From Tubiluchus corallicola (lineage: Eukaryota > Animalia > Priapulida), in assembly GCA_030141605.1 (NCBI GenBank), contig JAQGDQ010000741.1:80314-103633 (forward strand): a stretch of 23,320 bases of DNA, in the 5' to 3' direction. A program made the translations under genes and the position numbers. The notes under the pieces were generated by a model. The model saw only the letters and a list, made by a program, of their open reading frames with translations. It was not told the origin of the DNA and ran no database searches. This document shows, piece by piece, positions 11,061 to 23,171 of this stretch; the stretch's first letter is position 1, and each line of letters opens with the position of its first letter.

Positions 11061-12050
11061 CTGTTCTAACGGTTCTGTTCCACGATCGTTCTGTTCTAAC
11101 GGTTCTGTTCCACGATCGTTCTGTTCTAACGGTTCAGTTCCACGATCGTTCTGTTCTAACGGTTCTGATCCACGATCGTTCTGTTCTAACGGTTCTGATC
11201 CACGATGGTTCTGTTCTAACGGTTCTGTTCCACGATCGTTCTGTTCTAACGGTTCTGATCCACGATGGTTCTGTTCTAACAGTTCTGTTCCACAATCGTT
11301 CTGTTCTAACGGTTCAGTTCCACGATGGTTCTGTTCTAACGGTTCTGTTCCACGATCGTTCTGTTCTAACGGTTCTGTTCCATGATCATTCTGTTCTAAC
11401 GGTTCAGTTCCACGATGGTTCTGTTCTAACGGTTCTGATCCACGATGGTTCTGTTCTAACGGTTCTGTTCCACGATTGTTCTGTTCTAACGGTTCGGTTC
11501 CACGATCATTCTGTTCTAACGGTTCTGATCCATGATGGTTCTGTTCTAACGGTTCTGATCCACGATGGTTCTGTTCTAACGGTTCTGTTCCACGATCGAT
11601 CCGTTGTAACGGTTCTGTTCCACGATCGTTCTGTTCTAACGGTTCTGTTCCACGATCGATCCGTTGTAACGGTTCTGTTCCACGATCGTTCTGTTCTAAC
11701 GGTTCTGTTCCACGATCGTTCTGTTCTAACGGTTCTGTTCCACGATCGATCCGTTGTAACGGTTCTGTTCCACGATCGTTCTGTTCTAACGGTTCTGTTC
11801 CATGATCGATCCGTTGTAACAGTTCTGTTCCACGATCGTTCTGTTCTAACGGTTCTGTTCCACGATCGTTCTGTTCTAACGGTTCTGTTCCACGATCGTT
11901 CTGTTCTAACGGTTCTCTTCCACGATCGTTCTGTTCTAACGGTTCTGTTCCACGATCGTTCTGTTCTAACGGTTCTGTTCCACGATCGTTACAGTCTAAC
12001 GGTTCTGTTCTACGATCGTTCTGTTCTAACGGTTCTGTTCCACCATCGTT
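11061..12050. repeat. 30-bp minisatellite, about 33 copies (CTGTTCTAACGGTTCTGTTCCACGATCGTT)
   Basis: Exact 30-bp periodicity with no indels across 990 bp; two related half-units. Confidence 0.97.
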
Positions 12051-12346
12051 TTGTACTGCGTTGGTAACGCACTAAAGTAATCAAAATTATTGCAAGATAA
12101 GTGAGATTAAAATAAATGAAATTGAAATTAAAAATAAAAATTGGCGTATGACCAAACCTACAAGAGACAATACAGAAGACAATAGTTGGTTATTATAAGC
12201 GGGTGATGCATGTTCATCGAGATAAGTCATCAATATATAAATAGTTCGAATGTTGCTAAATAGCTCATAACAGTTTATATATGTCACTCATTGGCGCCAA
12301 GAACCTGAGGTTTTCGCTCAAGGTACGGGTTCGAGGCTCATTAGCA

Positions 12347-13100
12347 GTCATAAGTCATAAGTCATTTATTTCACATTACACATTTACAATAGTTTCATGT
12401 ACAATATCTAGTGAAAGGGCCTACAATGAACATAATACAAATAAGTTTTTATTGTTTCTGCACAGGAAAAGCCTCGCACACTGTTCACCTATATACAAAT
12501 GTAAATGTGTTGCGGGCAATCAAAAAGCAGGGCTTGTTAGACTGTCCCACACAGTGATAGAAAAAAAAGTAATGGAAATAATCTGAAAATTTAAAGTGAA
12601 TCGTATGGTAAAGAAAACATTTAGTGCTTAAAATGGAATGATGTAATGAATGAAGCTCATATATGAGATGATATAAAAGATAGAAAGATTATTATTTGTT
12701 AATAGTATGTAAAATTAAGATAACTTGATTAAGATAACACCACTGTGAGGATGGATACTGATAGAAATTTTGATTACTCACTGATACTTACTTAAAATTT
12801 GATTTTTTAGCATTTTTCTAAATCTAGTAACAGATCTGCTATTTTTTGCGGATTGACAAATCTCATTCCAGACTTTTGGTTCTTGAAATATTATAAAATG
12901 TTTAGCTATGTTGGTTCTACAGAAAGGCACAATGCATTGATTATATCTTGTATTATGTCTCTTAGATATCAATTTGACAGGAATTGCAAAAAACTTAGGA
13001 AATAGTCTATCATTGCATTTATACATAAATACTGCAATATTCAATTTAATTAAATCATCTAATTGCATAATGCTACATTCACGGTAACGAAGTAAAGGTA
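12347..13100 (-). mobile_element. 5'-truncated LINE (CR1/L2-group-like) 3' end with 3' UTR
   Basis: ORF 12778-13068 (FMYK...HNTR...RTN...PKVWN.I...FRK.LK) resembles CR1/L2-group ORF2 C-termini; AATAAA plus (TGACTTA)n tail at ~12347-12370. Confidence 0.8.
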
Positions 13101-13226
13101 CTTCACTACGTTTCTGTAGTCTTTGACTTTTGGTCCTTGAAATATTATAAAATGTTATGTAATATAAAAATAAAATAATATAAAAATTGTTATGAGAAAA
13201 TCCGATTACAATTGTCTATAATTTAG

Positions 13227-13319
13227 GTGTGTCTTTAATTCACCATGAAGCTGAAGAGTGCATGGAAGTTCAAGGCAAAGAAGATCCCGGTGATTATGAT
13301 CTTTATATTATATACAAAG
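13227..13319 (+). CDS. Exon 3: GVSLIHHEAEECMEVQGKEDPGDYDLYIIYK
   Basis: atttag| ... AAG|GTACGT; 93 nt, phase 1-1. Fits the hydrophobic-H...V.G...P..Y...I.Y segment of the domain. Confidence 0.88.
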
Positions 13320-13488
13320 GTACGTTCAACATCTCAAATGTTCATCTAGACAATTCAATAACTATTTCCATTAACCATAATGTGCTTTTAGACTCATAGT
13401 TTTCTGTTTATTCCAATGAATCACAAAGTAGTATTTATTAAACTAATTAGGAACTTAAACAAAGAAGATCAGAACATCATGACAGTCT

Positions 13489-13496
<8 letters not shown>

Positions 13497-13520
<24 letters not shown>

Positions 13521-14030
13521 ATGAATCATACGTCCAAGGACATGATTCTGCTCACCTCCCTATGCCAGGACTCCCTGCTCGCCGCAATGCCCCAAGTGGA
13601 TTTATTTCTAAGGATCAATGCTGAAGTGTTTAAATCTTTCTGTGCAAAATCTAAATATGTTAACATTTGTCCTCCTGCAGGTTTTTTAGCTGGTTCTATG
13701 GCTTGTTGAAGAGCTATCTTCACTGGAATATCATCAGGTAGTCTAAGCATATGCCCAATCCATCTTAAACGGCGTCTTTTTATTTTTCTTGTCCAAGGTT
13801 CTTCTTTTATTTTTTCATATAGATCTTTGTTTGAAATTTTCTTTGGCCATCTAATACCCAAAATGTTTCTGTAATTTCGCCTTTGAAACACATTGATTTC
13901 AGCTTTATGATTTGCTTTTAATGTCCAGAGCTCAGAGTTATACAGAAATACAGTTTCAACTAAGGCTGAGAATATTCTAATTTTTGTTTCCAAAAAAATC
14001 TTCCTATTCTCAAAAATTCTCTCATTGTAG
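13497..14030 (-). mobile_element. 5'-truncated RTE-like LINE fragment
   Basis: KIRIF..LV..VFLYNSELWTL...FQRR..R.ILGIRW...ISN..LY...RRLRWIGH.LR is typical of RTE-type RT C-terminal regions; very short 3' UTR and (GAT)n tail at 13497-13518. Confidence 0.85.
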
Positions 14031-14088
14031 ATTTTGAGTGAATTACGCAATAACTGTAACATCCTGTTGATTTATAACAAATCAAAAT

Positions 14089-14530
14089 GGAGGAAAGGGG
14101 AATTTTAAACTATGTCCCAAAAAATTTTGCATACAAAGTTATATTTCTTAACATTCGCTTACTTGTTTGAGAGATTTATGTAACTAGAAAAGAAAATTCT
14201 TAGGAATTAGTAATTAAAAATGTTAGAAAAATCGTCTTAAAAAATTATATTACTTTACAGCAATTTTATGCGTATATCTTACTCGCGTTAAAAAGAATTT
14301 TTGTTTGTTTTCATTTTAAATCTCCTGCAATACTGTTCTGACAGCGCCATTACATGACGTCATCTACGCACAACGTAAATTAGGGGAAGAAAAGGAAATG
14401 TTAAATTGTGACCCAGGAAAATTTTCCATGCAAATCTATATCACTTAGCATTTCGCTTACCTGTTGGAAAGACGTCTGTAACTAGAATTAATGATTTAAA
14501 ATGTTTGTGCCAGTTGATAAAATATCGTTG
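14089..14530. repeat. Old diverged direct duplication, spacing ~298 bp
   Basis: tcgcttac..gtt.ga.aga....tgtaactagaa at ~14155 and ~14453, with colinear similarity on both sides. Confidence 0.55.
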
Positions 14531-15013
14531 ACTCACCTCCAGGGTGCGCCACTCACTAACCAAAAACGTATTTTTAATCTTATTGACAAGATACTGTATT
14601 TATATTTTGCTTAGTTGGTGACGTGTGTGCTACGAATGCTCTGATTTTTTGTCAAACTTTACACAATGTTATCTAAAGGTGTTTTAAACGTCCTACAGAC
14701 GAATTGACTGAGCCTAATAATCATCGTCGCGGATGTTTTCATGTTTTATACAGCGTTACTGCTGATACAAGTTCTATGTGCAATAAGACAGCCATGTAGG
14801 CGATACAAGATTTCAAGACAAATTTTCTGAGTTTCGTGCAAGAAGAGTGTTTTCTTGTGCTTTAAATATTTTATTTATTTTGTAGCAAAGTGCTACCACT
14901 AGCGCCACCTACAAGTTAACTTTTTACTAAATTATTAACTTATGTTTACTTAACAAACGCAGCTTTCTGATTCAATTCGGTAAATGAAGCAGCAAGCCTT
15001 ATACTAAGCTAGC

Positions 15014-16493
15014 CAGTGGCGGCTCGTGTATAGGTACTGTGATACTGCAGCGCCCCCTGTACATTACAATCAGTGGCGGCTCGTGTATAGGTAGGTACTG
15101 TGGTACTGCAGCGCCCCCTGTACATTACAATCAGTGGCGGCTCGTGTATAGGTAGGTACTGTGGTACTGCAGCACCCCCTGTACGTTACAATCAGTGGCG
15201 GCTCGTGTATAGGTACTGTGATACTGCAGCACCCCCTGTACGTTACAATCAGTGGCGGCTCGTGTATAGGTAGGTACTGTGATACTGCAGCACCCCCTGT
15301 ACGTTACAATCAGTGGCGGCTCGTGTATATTTAGGTACTGTGGTACTGCAGCACCCCCTGTACATTACAATCAGTGGCGGCTCGTGTATAGGTAGGTACT
15401 GTGGTACTGCAGCACCCCCTGTACGTTCAACATGGCGGCTCGTATAGGTAGGTAGTACTGCAGCCCCCCGTACATTACAATCAGTGGCGGCTCGTGTATA
15501 GGAAGGTACTGTGGTACTGCAGCGCCCCCTGTACGTTACAATCAGTGGCGGCTCGTGTATAGGTAGGTAATGTAGTACTGCAGCACCCCCTGTACATTAT
15601 AATCAGTGGCGGCTCGTGTATAGGTAGGTACTGTGGTACTGCAGCACCCCCTGTACGTTATAATCAGTGGCGGCTCGTGTATAGGTAGGTACTGTGATAC
15701 TGCAGCACCCCCTGTACGTTATAATCAGTGGCGGCTCGTGTATAGGTAGGTAATGTAGTACTGCAGCACCCCCTGTACATTATAATCAGTGGCGGCTCGT
15801 GTATAGGTAGGTACTGTAGTACTGCAGCACCCCCTGTACGTTACAATCAGTGGCGGCTCGTGTATATAGGTACTGTGATACTGCAGCACCCCCTGTACGT
15901 TATAATCAGTGGCGGCTCGTGTATAGGTAGGTAATGTAGTACTGCAGCACCCCCTGTACATTATAATCAGTGGCGGCTCGTGTATAGGTAGGTACTGTGG
16001 TACTGCAGCACCCCCTGTACGTTACAATCAGTGGCGGCTCGTGTATAGGTAGGTACTGTGATACTGCAGCACCCCCTGTACGTTACAATCAGTGGCGGCT
16101 CGTGTATAGGTAGGTACTGTTCTACTGCAGCGCCCCCTGTACGTTACAATCAGTGGCGGCTCGTGTATAGGTAGGTACTGTGGTACTGCAGCACCCCCTG
16201 TACGTTACAATCAGTGGCGGCTCGTGTATAGTAGGTACGTGGTACTGCAGCACCCCCTGTACGTTACAATCAGTGGCGGCTCGTGTATAGGTAGGTACTG
16301 TGGTACTGCAGCGCCCCCTGTACGTTACAATCAGTGGCGGCTCGTGTAGGTAGGTACTGTGGTACTGCAGCACCCCCTGTACGTTACAATCAGTGGCAGC
16401 TCGTGTATAGCTACTGTGGTACGGCAGCACCCCCTGTACGTTATAATCAGTGGCGGCTTGTGTATAGATACTGTGATACAGCAGCGCCCCCTG
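15014..16493. repeat. ~61-bp minisatellite, about 25 copies, each starting with the transposon TIR
   Basis: Unit CAGTGGCGGCTCGTGTATAGGTAGGTACTGTGGTACTGCAGCACCCCCTGTACGTTACAAT, with 57-61 bp variants. Confidence 0.97.
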
Positions 16494-17053
16494 TTTTCAC
16501 TCATTATTATCGATAATATTCAATATAATAAATCTTTTTTCTTTCGTTCTTTTTTTACTTGTCCTGAACCGGAGCACGTGAGGGTAGTGCAATTTGCTTC
16601 ACAGCCCAAGCAACTTGGTGTTTGGCTGCTATGCGCATGCGGCCATGTGCACATGTCTGAGATAACACGCTTCACGCTAGCGTCTGCTGCTAGGTAAAAA
16701 AGTACTGTCTCTAACACAGTAACAATTGCCACGTGCTTACCGTGTACTGTCATATTCTTGGATGTGATAAAATGTAAACTTAGTATGTGTGCTTAAAACA
16801 TAAATTATTTAATAATGGACGCCTTGCATCCCCAAGAAATAAGTTCTGTGACTGTAAGTGAACTATAACAGCTTAATTTTTCACAGTTGTCTCTCCATGA
16901 GAAAGTTGCAGTTAAGAAAAGACACCGTTCAACACCTGATCTTCAAATATAACTACAATGTTAAAATTATAGGTGTTTGTTACGTTTTACACAGTATTAA
17001 AACATTGGCTAAAAATGTTCTGAAGCAGCACCCCACTAATCGAGCCGCCACTG
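15014..17053. mobile_element. Non-autonomous DNA transposon (hAT-like MITE) with an amplified left end
   Basis: TIR CAGTGGCGGCTCG (15014-15026) and CGAGCCGCCACTG (17041-17053); subterminal GCAGCACCCC near both ends; 8-bp flanks aagctagc and gagccagt match 5/8, with all mismatches transitions; no transposase ORF. Confidence 0.75.
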
Positions 17054-17723
17054 GAGCCAGTTAAATATCATTGCAAACATTTACCCTTACACGTCACTGT
17101 AAAATGACCAGTAAATAATTGCTGTATGTTCTTGGTTTTTGGTAAATAATTAAAGCACAAGAGACGGCTTTTCAAAAAGAACGCTGAAAATTCGTCTTGT
17201 AATTTTGTATCACTTAAATGCTGTCTTATTGGCTGCTGAGCTTGCGTCAACAGTAACGTTGTATAAAGCTTGTATAACACCCACGATGACCGTTAGGTGC
17301 AGTCACTTTGATGGTAAGTCGTTTTTAAACAACTTTAGACAACATTACGTAAAGTTTGAAAAAAATCTGAACAATCGAAGCACACTTTAATAACTAAGCT
17401 ATAGTTGTCGAGTCAACAAGGTCACTAATATGTTTTTGGTGAGCCAGTAGTGCACACTGGGATGGCGAGAGTGATGCACACTGAGATAACTTTTCACTGA
17501 CGTTTTACCAGGTGGCAGGAATATTTTAAATTATTAAGAATTTTTTCTTTTTAAGTTACCTAAGTGATTCAAACAGTTAAGCGTAAAGCAAAGTAATAGA
17601 ATTCTGTATGAAAAGTTTTTTGAGATGTTCCTCAAAAATCCATTTTCTTGCCTTTAACCAAATCACTAACTAGGATTTTTTGAATTTGAAATACAAACTG
17701 AAAAGTTTAAATATTGGTTGCAG

Positions 17724-17847
17724 ATGCCACGTTGAGTCAAATAAAAGCACTCATTGACAGTTCCGTCAGATGCCGCCAGTATATTCGTTATCAGTGTTAT
17801 GATAGCGTGATGACGTCACATCTCTTTGCTACAGGTGAAACGACCAG
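17724..17847 (+). CDS. Exon 4: DATLSQIKALIDSSVRCRQYIRYQCYDSVMTSHLFATGETT
   Basis: ttgcag| ... CAG|GTATGT; 124 nt, phase 1-2. QI.A...S..C.Q...Y.C motif as in Caspr. Confidence 0.92.
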
Positions 17848-17882
17848 GTATGTAAAAACACAAATTTAATAAATAGAATAAT

Positions 17883-17971
17883 ATCTGCATGGTGCTTTTG
17901 TCACCATGTTGAGAACAAGAATAAAATCTGCATGGTGCTTTTGTCACCATGTTGAGAACAAGAATAAAATC
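17883..17971. repeat. 43-bp perfect tandem duplication containing a hairpin
   Basis: atctgCATGGTGcttttgtCACCATGttgagaacaagaataaa at 17883 and 17926. Confidence 0.92.
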
Positions 17972-18190
17972 TACACATTTACAATAGTTTCATGTACAAT
18001 ATCTAGTAAAAGGGCCTACAATGAATATAATACAAATAAGAAATACTGCACAGAAAAAGCCTCAAACACTGTCCACTTATATACGAAGGTAAATGTGTTG
18101 CGGGCAATCAGAAAGCAGGGCTTGTTAGATTGTCCCACACAGTGAAAGAAAAAAAGTAATGGAAATAATCTGAAAATTTAAAGTGAATTT
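17972..18190 (-). mobile_element. Second copy of the 3' UTR of the LINE at 12347-13100
   Basis: Colinear high similarity to 12377-12600 (tacacatttacaatagtttcatgtacaatatctagt ... ctgaaaatttaaagtgaat). Confidence 0.85.
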
Positions 18191-18319
18191 GTGTAAAAAA
18201 ATAGTTGTCCTTGAACTATGTCCTAAATAAATTATTATTATAACAATTATAACATGCTCTATTATTATTATTATAACATATCCTAAGTATTTTGTAAAAT
18301 ATTTTGATGATCTTTTTAG

Positions 18320-18433
18320 ATACAGCTGGTGGGAGACACGCGATGGAAGTCCTGCAAACTTCTGGGGCGGATCCATTCCTGATTTTCAGGCATGTGCTTG
18401 CTATTCAACCCAGTCTTGTGCAAATCAGAAAAG
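18320..18433 (+). CDS. Exon 5: RYSWWETRDGSPANFWGGSIPDFQACACYSTQSCANQK
   Basis: ctttttag| ... AAG|GTAGAT; 114 nt, phase 2-2. Y.WW....G....WGGS.P....CAC.....C motif as in Caspr. Confidence 0.93.
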
Positions 18434-18849
18434 GTAGATGGATTCAATTGCGAGATACGTGGTTCGTGTTGCAACATTTTTTTTGTATTTTCAAAGAGGT
18501 CAGATCTGTGAAGTATTTGTGTATTGGTGTGTGCTTGTACATACTTGTTTATGTGTATTTGTACTGCACAGATGCGGTTTCTTCGATTTTCGTAATACTT
18601 TCCTTTAATTATATATGTAGCGTATACAGTTTTTTGTTTTGTATTCTACTCTACGGTTCAATTATAAAAATAAACGGATATTTTTGTCGCAGTTATATTT
18701 ATTTAATCGTCTGTTTGTCCGTCTGTTTGCCTGCCACACTGTTTGTTTGTCTGTCTGTCAGTCTTGCGTGTATGCGTATACGGAATAGTGCATAAGGAAG
18801 AAAGCAGTCAGCTTAAAGCACAAGAAAATCATTCGCTTATATAAAACTT

Positions 18850-18943
18850 GTGTTGTAGAATTCTCACTTAATAAACTAGTTTAATTTGATGACGTGTTTT
18901 CTGGTTTTCTCTACGAGCCTTCCGAGAGAAACAAAACACAACA
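18850..18943 (+). mobile_element. 3' fragment of the same LTR-like family as 9802-10712
   Basis: Near-identical to 10619-10712 and ends at the same ...CACAACA. Confidence 0.85.
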
Positions 18944-19496
18944 GAAACATAACAATTTAAGACAGTATGACGTAATAATTGTCATTATATTGTACTGAAT
19001 GTAATAATAATAAACTAAATTAAACTAAACTGAAACTTTACTAATTTAATCCATGACAATCTTACGTTTTCTAAAGACATATAAGGTAAGGTGTGCACGC
19101 ATTTTTATTTTTCCATACTTTGTTTATAAGCAAATTTTGACTTTGAAACGACCTTATGGCGTGTAAGATGCTTACAGCTGCATGCTATGCTCACTCAGTC
19201 TAATTACTAATAGACGCCGCTGTAATTAATAATTTATAACTAAAAGTCTCTTCAGCTGCCTTTGTTTGATGATGTTAGTTTATGAAAAAAGCAGAGCTTA
19301 GCAAGGACTAATTAAACGTGTCTATTTGAACAGCAAGAACCTCATCTATAAGTAATTTGTTTTGTTTATAGCTCATATAAACAGCAACGTGTTTCAGAGT
19401 CAAGGCTATGAGTTGCCTGGCAAATTTTGGCACCAAATGGGTCACGAAGGGTTATACTTTCGAGCAGAGAGCTTATTATTATTATTATTATTATTA

Positions 19497-20249
19497 TCTA
19501 CTATCTATCTTCTCTTATATTAATATTCTTGGTATCTTAATATATATATATATAAGATTCGAGGCTACAGCTTCGACGAGGGCACCATATGCGGCGATCT
19601 ATATATCAAACGAAAGGTCTCGATCTAGTGTCTTCTCATTGATGGTTTATTTTTCGAATCGGGCCCACCGGGAGGAACGGGGGGCGAAAAACCTCCAAAA
19701 ATGCCCCTTTTTCGACCGTTTTTTGCAAAAGTTATACGGCTGAGATGTAGAGAACGGGAACGGCCCGAGGGGGGTGCTGGGTATGGATAGATAGCTCGTT
19801 CAGCGGTGGGTGTAGTAGGCATGTTTAGAATTCCCGAGAAGGCCACAGCGTCCTGTAACGGGCGTTTTCCCGGACCCAACTCGCGATTTTTTCGAAATTT
19901 TGACCAAACAGCCTGCGGAAAAAACGTTCTAGCGTCGCCTGGTGGGACTCTAGGAAGGAGGTATGGGACTCTTTACAAAGAGGAAGAACGGGGCTACACG
20001 ATGATGTGGGCTATATGTTAGGGCAGGTCCACCGAGAGAAGTACCGACGAGTTAATTAGAGGTTCCATTTTCGGCAATTTTCGCTTAGAAAACTGCTGAC
20101 GTCATCCATTATACTCTGCCTGTAACTTTAATTCAGTGAAAGCTTCTGGTTTTGCGTAAGATAAACAGACAAACACTAGGTAGAATGTTTGCGCATATTT
20201 GATTATGAGTGGATTTATAAGCAAAATTTTTTTGCGGGGCCTTTGCTAG
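19497..20249 (+). mobile_element. Probable non-autonomous Helitron
   Basis: Starts A|TC and ends CTAG|T; hairpin GCAAAA-ttt-TTTTGC ~10 nt before CTAG; (TTA)n on both sides, so the empty site reads as one (TTA)n run; interior is more GC-rich than the flanks. Confidence 0.6.
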
Positions 20250-20834
20250 TTATTATTATTATTATTAAGTATTTTTTGAAAATGGTAACATTTTTTGTAC
20301 TGGAAATCTGGCATTGGCGAACTTTGCGGCATTCGCTTGTTGTTGGCTTTGGCCACCTTGTGGCGATTTTTTGGCCTGGACACGTGATCAGTTTGATCAG
20401 TGTCAGAGGCGTGTGAAGTGAGGACGTGTCATGGTGGGTTGATTAAATGTTGTCTTTATATGTTGCAATTGCTTATGATTTGGGGCTAAAACGTACGTAT
20501 ATACACAAATTACTTTATAAAATTTAAATTTACTATTAGATAAAAGCTATTTATTGATTAATGCGACAGTGCAGTATGAAACTCTGAATTATGTAAAATT
20601 GACTTTTGGCTAGTGTTATTTATTTTTTGTCATTTGTTTATGGTTTTGTTTAGATGGAATGATACGTTTTGGTAAATAAAGAAGGAAGAAAAGGCAAAAT
20701 GTAATCTAGCTTCAAATTTGGTTTCGAAAGCCCAAACATTTTTGATTCATTAGTCGGCCGTAATAGTCATTAAAGGAAAAGTCAAGCCTTCTGGAACGTT
20801 TGGCTTATTTCAATTTCCTCGAAAAATGGTAGAA

Positions 20835-21720
<886 letters not shown>

Positions 21721-22607
21721 TTCTCCAAAGGTCAAAGGTCATCAAAGGACAAACAATCTTGGCATAACGTATATAATACAGTTTTTCTCATTGAGACCTT
21801 TCATTTCATATACAACAACCTATTTTTGGTAGACCCTGGAAGGCTGTTGCCTCCTCGACCCCTATTCTGCCCCAAACTGGGTCACAAATTAACGATTCAC
21901 ACTGTAACCTATTCCACTCGATTCAGCTCGTCAAGGAATTTCATTTAATATGCTACATGACACTATTCGTAGATACTCGATGCATTTCTGTTCCCGACAC
22001 CCATTTTTTGGTTTTTGCCTCCTAGCGGAAAATTTCTCCCCCTCTAAATCACCCATATTTCACCATATCCAACAACTTCGCCCCACCTAACCACATACCA
22101 AATATTTTCGCCCTAGCTCAAAAACTGTTGAAACTAAAGAAAAATAAATGAAGACCCGACCGCTCCGTGACCTTTGACCCGGCAACTCGGGTCACGTGTA
22201 TACGTATATAACTTTGGCCAGAGAGTGTACCCTGTGAGTTTTGTGTCCCTATCTCTTAGCGTGTAAAAGGTCACAAATTAGACGGACCACAAATTTTGCA
22301 TTTTGGCCCATCCCTCGGGCATTTAAACCCCCAGGTGCACATCTACTCCTCAGTACACAGATGCTTGTGAAAAAAAATTAGAAAAACGAAAAGCCCTAGG
22401 AAGAGATGCGACCTAAAGGAAAAGCTGACCAATGCCCACTGCCCTTCCCCCGTGACCAGTGGTCACTGGTTGTTATACTGTTGTGTGCCCTGCCCAGGGC
22501 TACCAATCCTGTGAGTTTGGTGACCCTAGTTTACAAGGCTTACGAGTTATTAACCGTTAAAGTGGCGAGAATAAATAAGAATAAATAAATATATATAAAT
22601 AAATTAA

Positions 22608-22666
<59 letters not shown>

Positions 22667-22871
22667 ATATAAATAAATATATATATATAAATGAATGAAT
22701 GAATGAATGAATGAATGAATAAATGAATGAATGAATGAATGAATGAATGAATGAATGAATGAATGAATGAATGAATGAATGAATGAATGAATGAATGAAT
22801 GAATGAATGAGTGAATGAATGAATAAATGAATGAAAAACAGTATGATTTTACTATAGCAAAATCTTACTAA
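21721..22871. mobile_element. Probable non-autonomous interspersed repeat(s), possibly Helentron/DINE-like
   Basis: GGTCAAAGGTCA and TGACCTTTGACC motifs, terminal (AAAT)n(GAAT)n, then the near-palindrome GATTTTACTATAGCAAAATC. Family and boundaries are inferred. Confidence 0.35.
22570..22835. repeat. (AAAT)n-(GAAT)n tetranucleotide microsatellite
   Basis: Directly visible. Confidence 0.95.
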
Positions 22872-22968
22872 ACGCCAGGCAAAATGAATTCTAGTTGCCT
22901 TTCTTTCCGTAGCAATTTCTTACATACTTAGCTTTAAAACTGAGACACAATATAAAATTATTACTTAG

Positions 22969-23171
22969 GTGTAACTGTGATGCTGATCTAAGAAGATGGG
23001 AGGAAGACAGTGGCTTCATCACACAAAAACATCTGCTTCCCGTTACTAGGTTACGCTTTGGGGATACGGGAGCCCGCCAAGAACGCGGGTTTCACTATTT
23101 GGGACCGCTAGAGTGCTACTCGGGGAACTTTTCAAGATTGTATTCAGCACCGCCATCTTGCGTCGAAGAAA
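22969..23171 (+). CDS. Exon 6: RCNCDADLRRWEEDSGFITQKHLLPVTRLRFGDTGARQERGFHYLGPLECYSGNFSRLYSAPPSCVEE
   Basis: acttag| ... A|GTAAGT; 203 nt, phase 2-1. CNCDAD...W..D.G....K..LPV.....GDT.......GPL.C completes the domain. The gene probably continues beyond the window. Confidence 0.93.

Noticed and set aside
11061-16493. The 30-bp and 61-bp arrays as CRISPR arrays or repeat-protein ORFs
   Set aside because: Units are contiguous with no unique spacers, there are no cas genes, and the context is eukaryotic introns. The ORFs are interrupted by stops and simply mirror the periodicity.
18304-18795. 163-aa plus-strand ORF as a gene
   Set aside because: It overlaps exon 5 in the wrong frame; the conserved motifs are in another frame bounded by splice sites.
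8170-19215. Short similarity between ~8187-8246 and ~19176-19211 (cagctgcatgct...tcag.ctaat.actaat)
   Set aside because: Too short and gapped to define an element by eye.
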